From positions 152,954,001-153,018,000 of the forward strand of contig NC_082710.1 of assembly GCF_030144855.1 (NCBI RefSeq): a DNA stretch of 64,000 nt. Reading direction: 5' to 3'. The position numbers and the translations under genes were made by a program. Source of the DNA: Hypanus sabinus (Eukaryota). This document shows positions 62,971-64,000 of this stretch, piece after piece (position 1 is the first letter of the stretch; each line of letters starts with the position of its first letter). The notes below the pieces were generated by a model. The model saw nothing but the letters and a program-made list of their open reading frames with translations. It was not told the origin of the DNA and did not search any database.

Positions 62971-63469
62971 CATAAGAGAGCTACATCTGCTCAGGCTCCT
63001 ATCTCTGCTGGAAATATTCGAGATCACTCAGTACATGTGGAGAAAGAAAAAATGTTTAGTTTCAGCAGAGCTGAAGTAGCAGAGAAAAGTTAGGGAGAAA
63101 GATAAAGCATACGAAGCAGCTCGCTCCGACGACAGTTTGTATCTGTTCACTGACTGTGCAAAGCTCCTCTTCAGTATCCTACAACTTTTACCTGCCCATC
63201 CACAGTTCATGGCCCCACTGACAGTGTAGTACTCCCCCCCCCCCCCGTATCTGAGGGTGGCACACTACCACCACCATTTGAACCACACCACAGTCTCAGA
63301 TTAGACATTGCTTAGCACTTAATGATTATATTACTAGGGGCAGAGCTACTGATCCTTGAATCTCACACCGACAATTGGTTAAAAAGCTTGACGGAACTTC
63401 TGTGCTTTGATCTCCGGTAGGAAAGAAAATGAGAGGGGGAACACTCGGGCAAAGAGTGATAAAATATAG

Positions 63470-64000
63470 TATATAAGACCATAGATATAGGAACAGAATT
63501 AGCCTATTTTGCCCTTCTGTACTGCTCCATCATCAAATCATGGCTGTTTATTTTCTGAACTCTATTCACCCTTCTTCTACCCAATACCTTTCACCCCTTT
63601 ACCAATCAAGGACCTATCAATCTCTGCCTAAAATACCTAAACAATGTTGCTTTCACAACCCTTAGTGGAAACAAATTCAACTGATTCAGGCTGAAAAAGT
63701 TCCTCCTCATTCCAATATTAAAAAGAAGTCCCTTCATTCAGAAGTGTGCCCTCAGATCTTAAACTCTCCTGCTGATAAAAATATCCTCCCCATGTTCACT
63801 CATTCCAGACCTTTCAGTGCCCAGTAGATTTCAATGAGATATCCGGCCTTCCACCCATCCTTCTGAATTTCCTTACAAGCCAGTTGAGATCAAGCACTCC
63901 TCATTTATTAAGGAGAGAATAAAGAATGTAAGGGATCAGGAAGAAAAGGCAAGAGCAGGTGTTCAGAATTGGTTTTGAACCCAAGTAATGTAATCATTAA
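63470..64000. mobile_element. CR1 3' end (minus) and CR1 fragment
   Basis: ataagaccatagatataggaacagaattagcc tail and following CR1 phrases. Confidence 0.65.

Noticed and set aside
1-64000. CRISPR arrays, rRNA or functional tRNA genes
   Set aside because: None seen; this is eukaryotic DNA and the tRNA-like boxes occur only as SINE heads.

Overview
Repeat-dense vertebrate genomic DNA. The repeat landscape (CR1, Rex1/Babar, Penelope, L1, V-SINE/Deu-SINE-like) suggests a cartilaginous fish, probably a ray; this is inference. About three quarters of the window, by eye, is decayed, nested retroelements. The one host gene I can reconstruct is a six-exon MHC class I-like gene on the minus strand: leader 36261-36186, alpha1 31440-31192, alpha2 28802-28554, alpha3 21121-20846, TM 18549-18461, cytoplasmic 18157-18125. 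All exon phases are compatible. The gene is clearly nonclassical: both groove exons are only 249 nt (83 aa), most peptide-anchoring residues are lost, and each groove domain carries an extra Cys. Intron 3 uses a GC donor, and an in-frame TAG right after the TM hydrophobic stretch would give a 300-aa tailless product. A decayed inverted copy of its promoter, leader exon and proximal intron 1 lies at about 6360-6950 (+). Other elements: two solo LTRs with clean TSDs, a chromodomain Gypsy end, an internally repeated mariner MITE, an 80-bp hAT MITE, and Penelope ends carrying decayed hammerhead-ribozyme cores. Exon and TSD coordinates were read base by base; other repeat boundaries are approximate.
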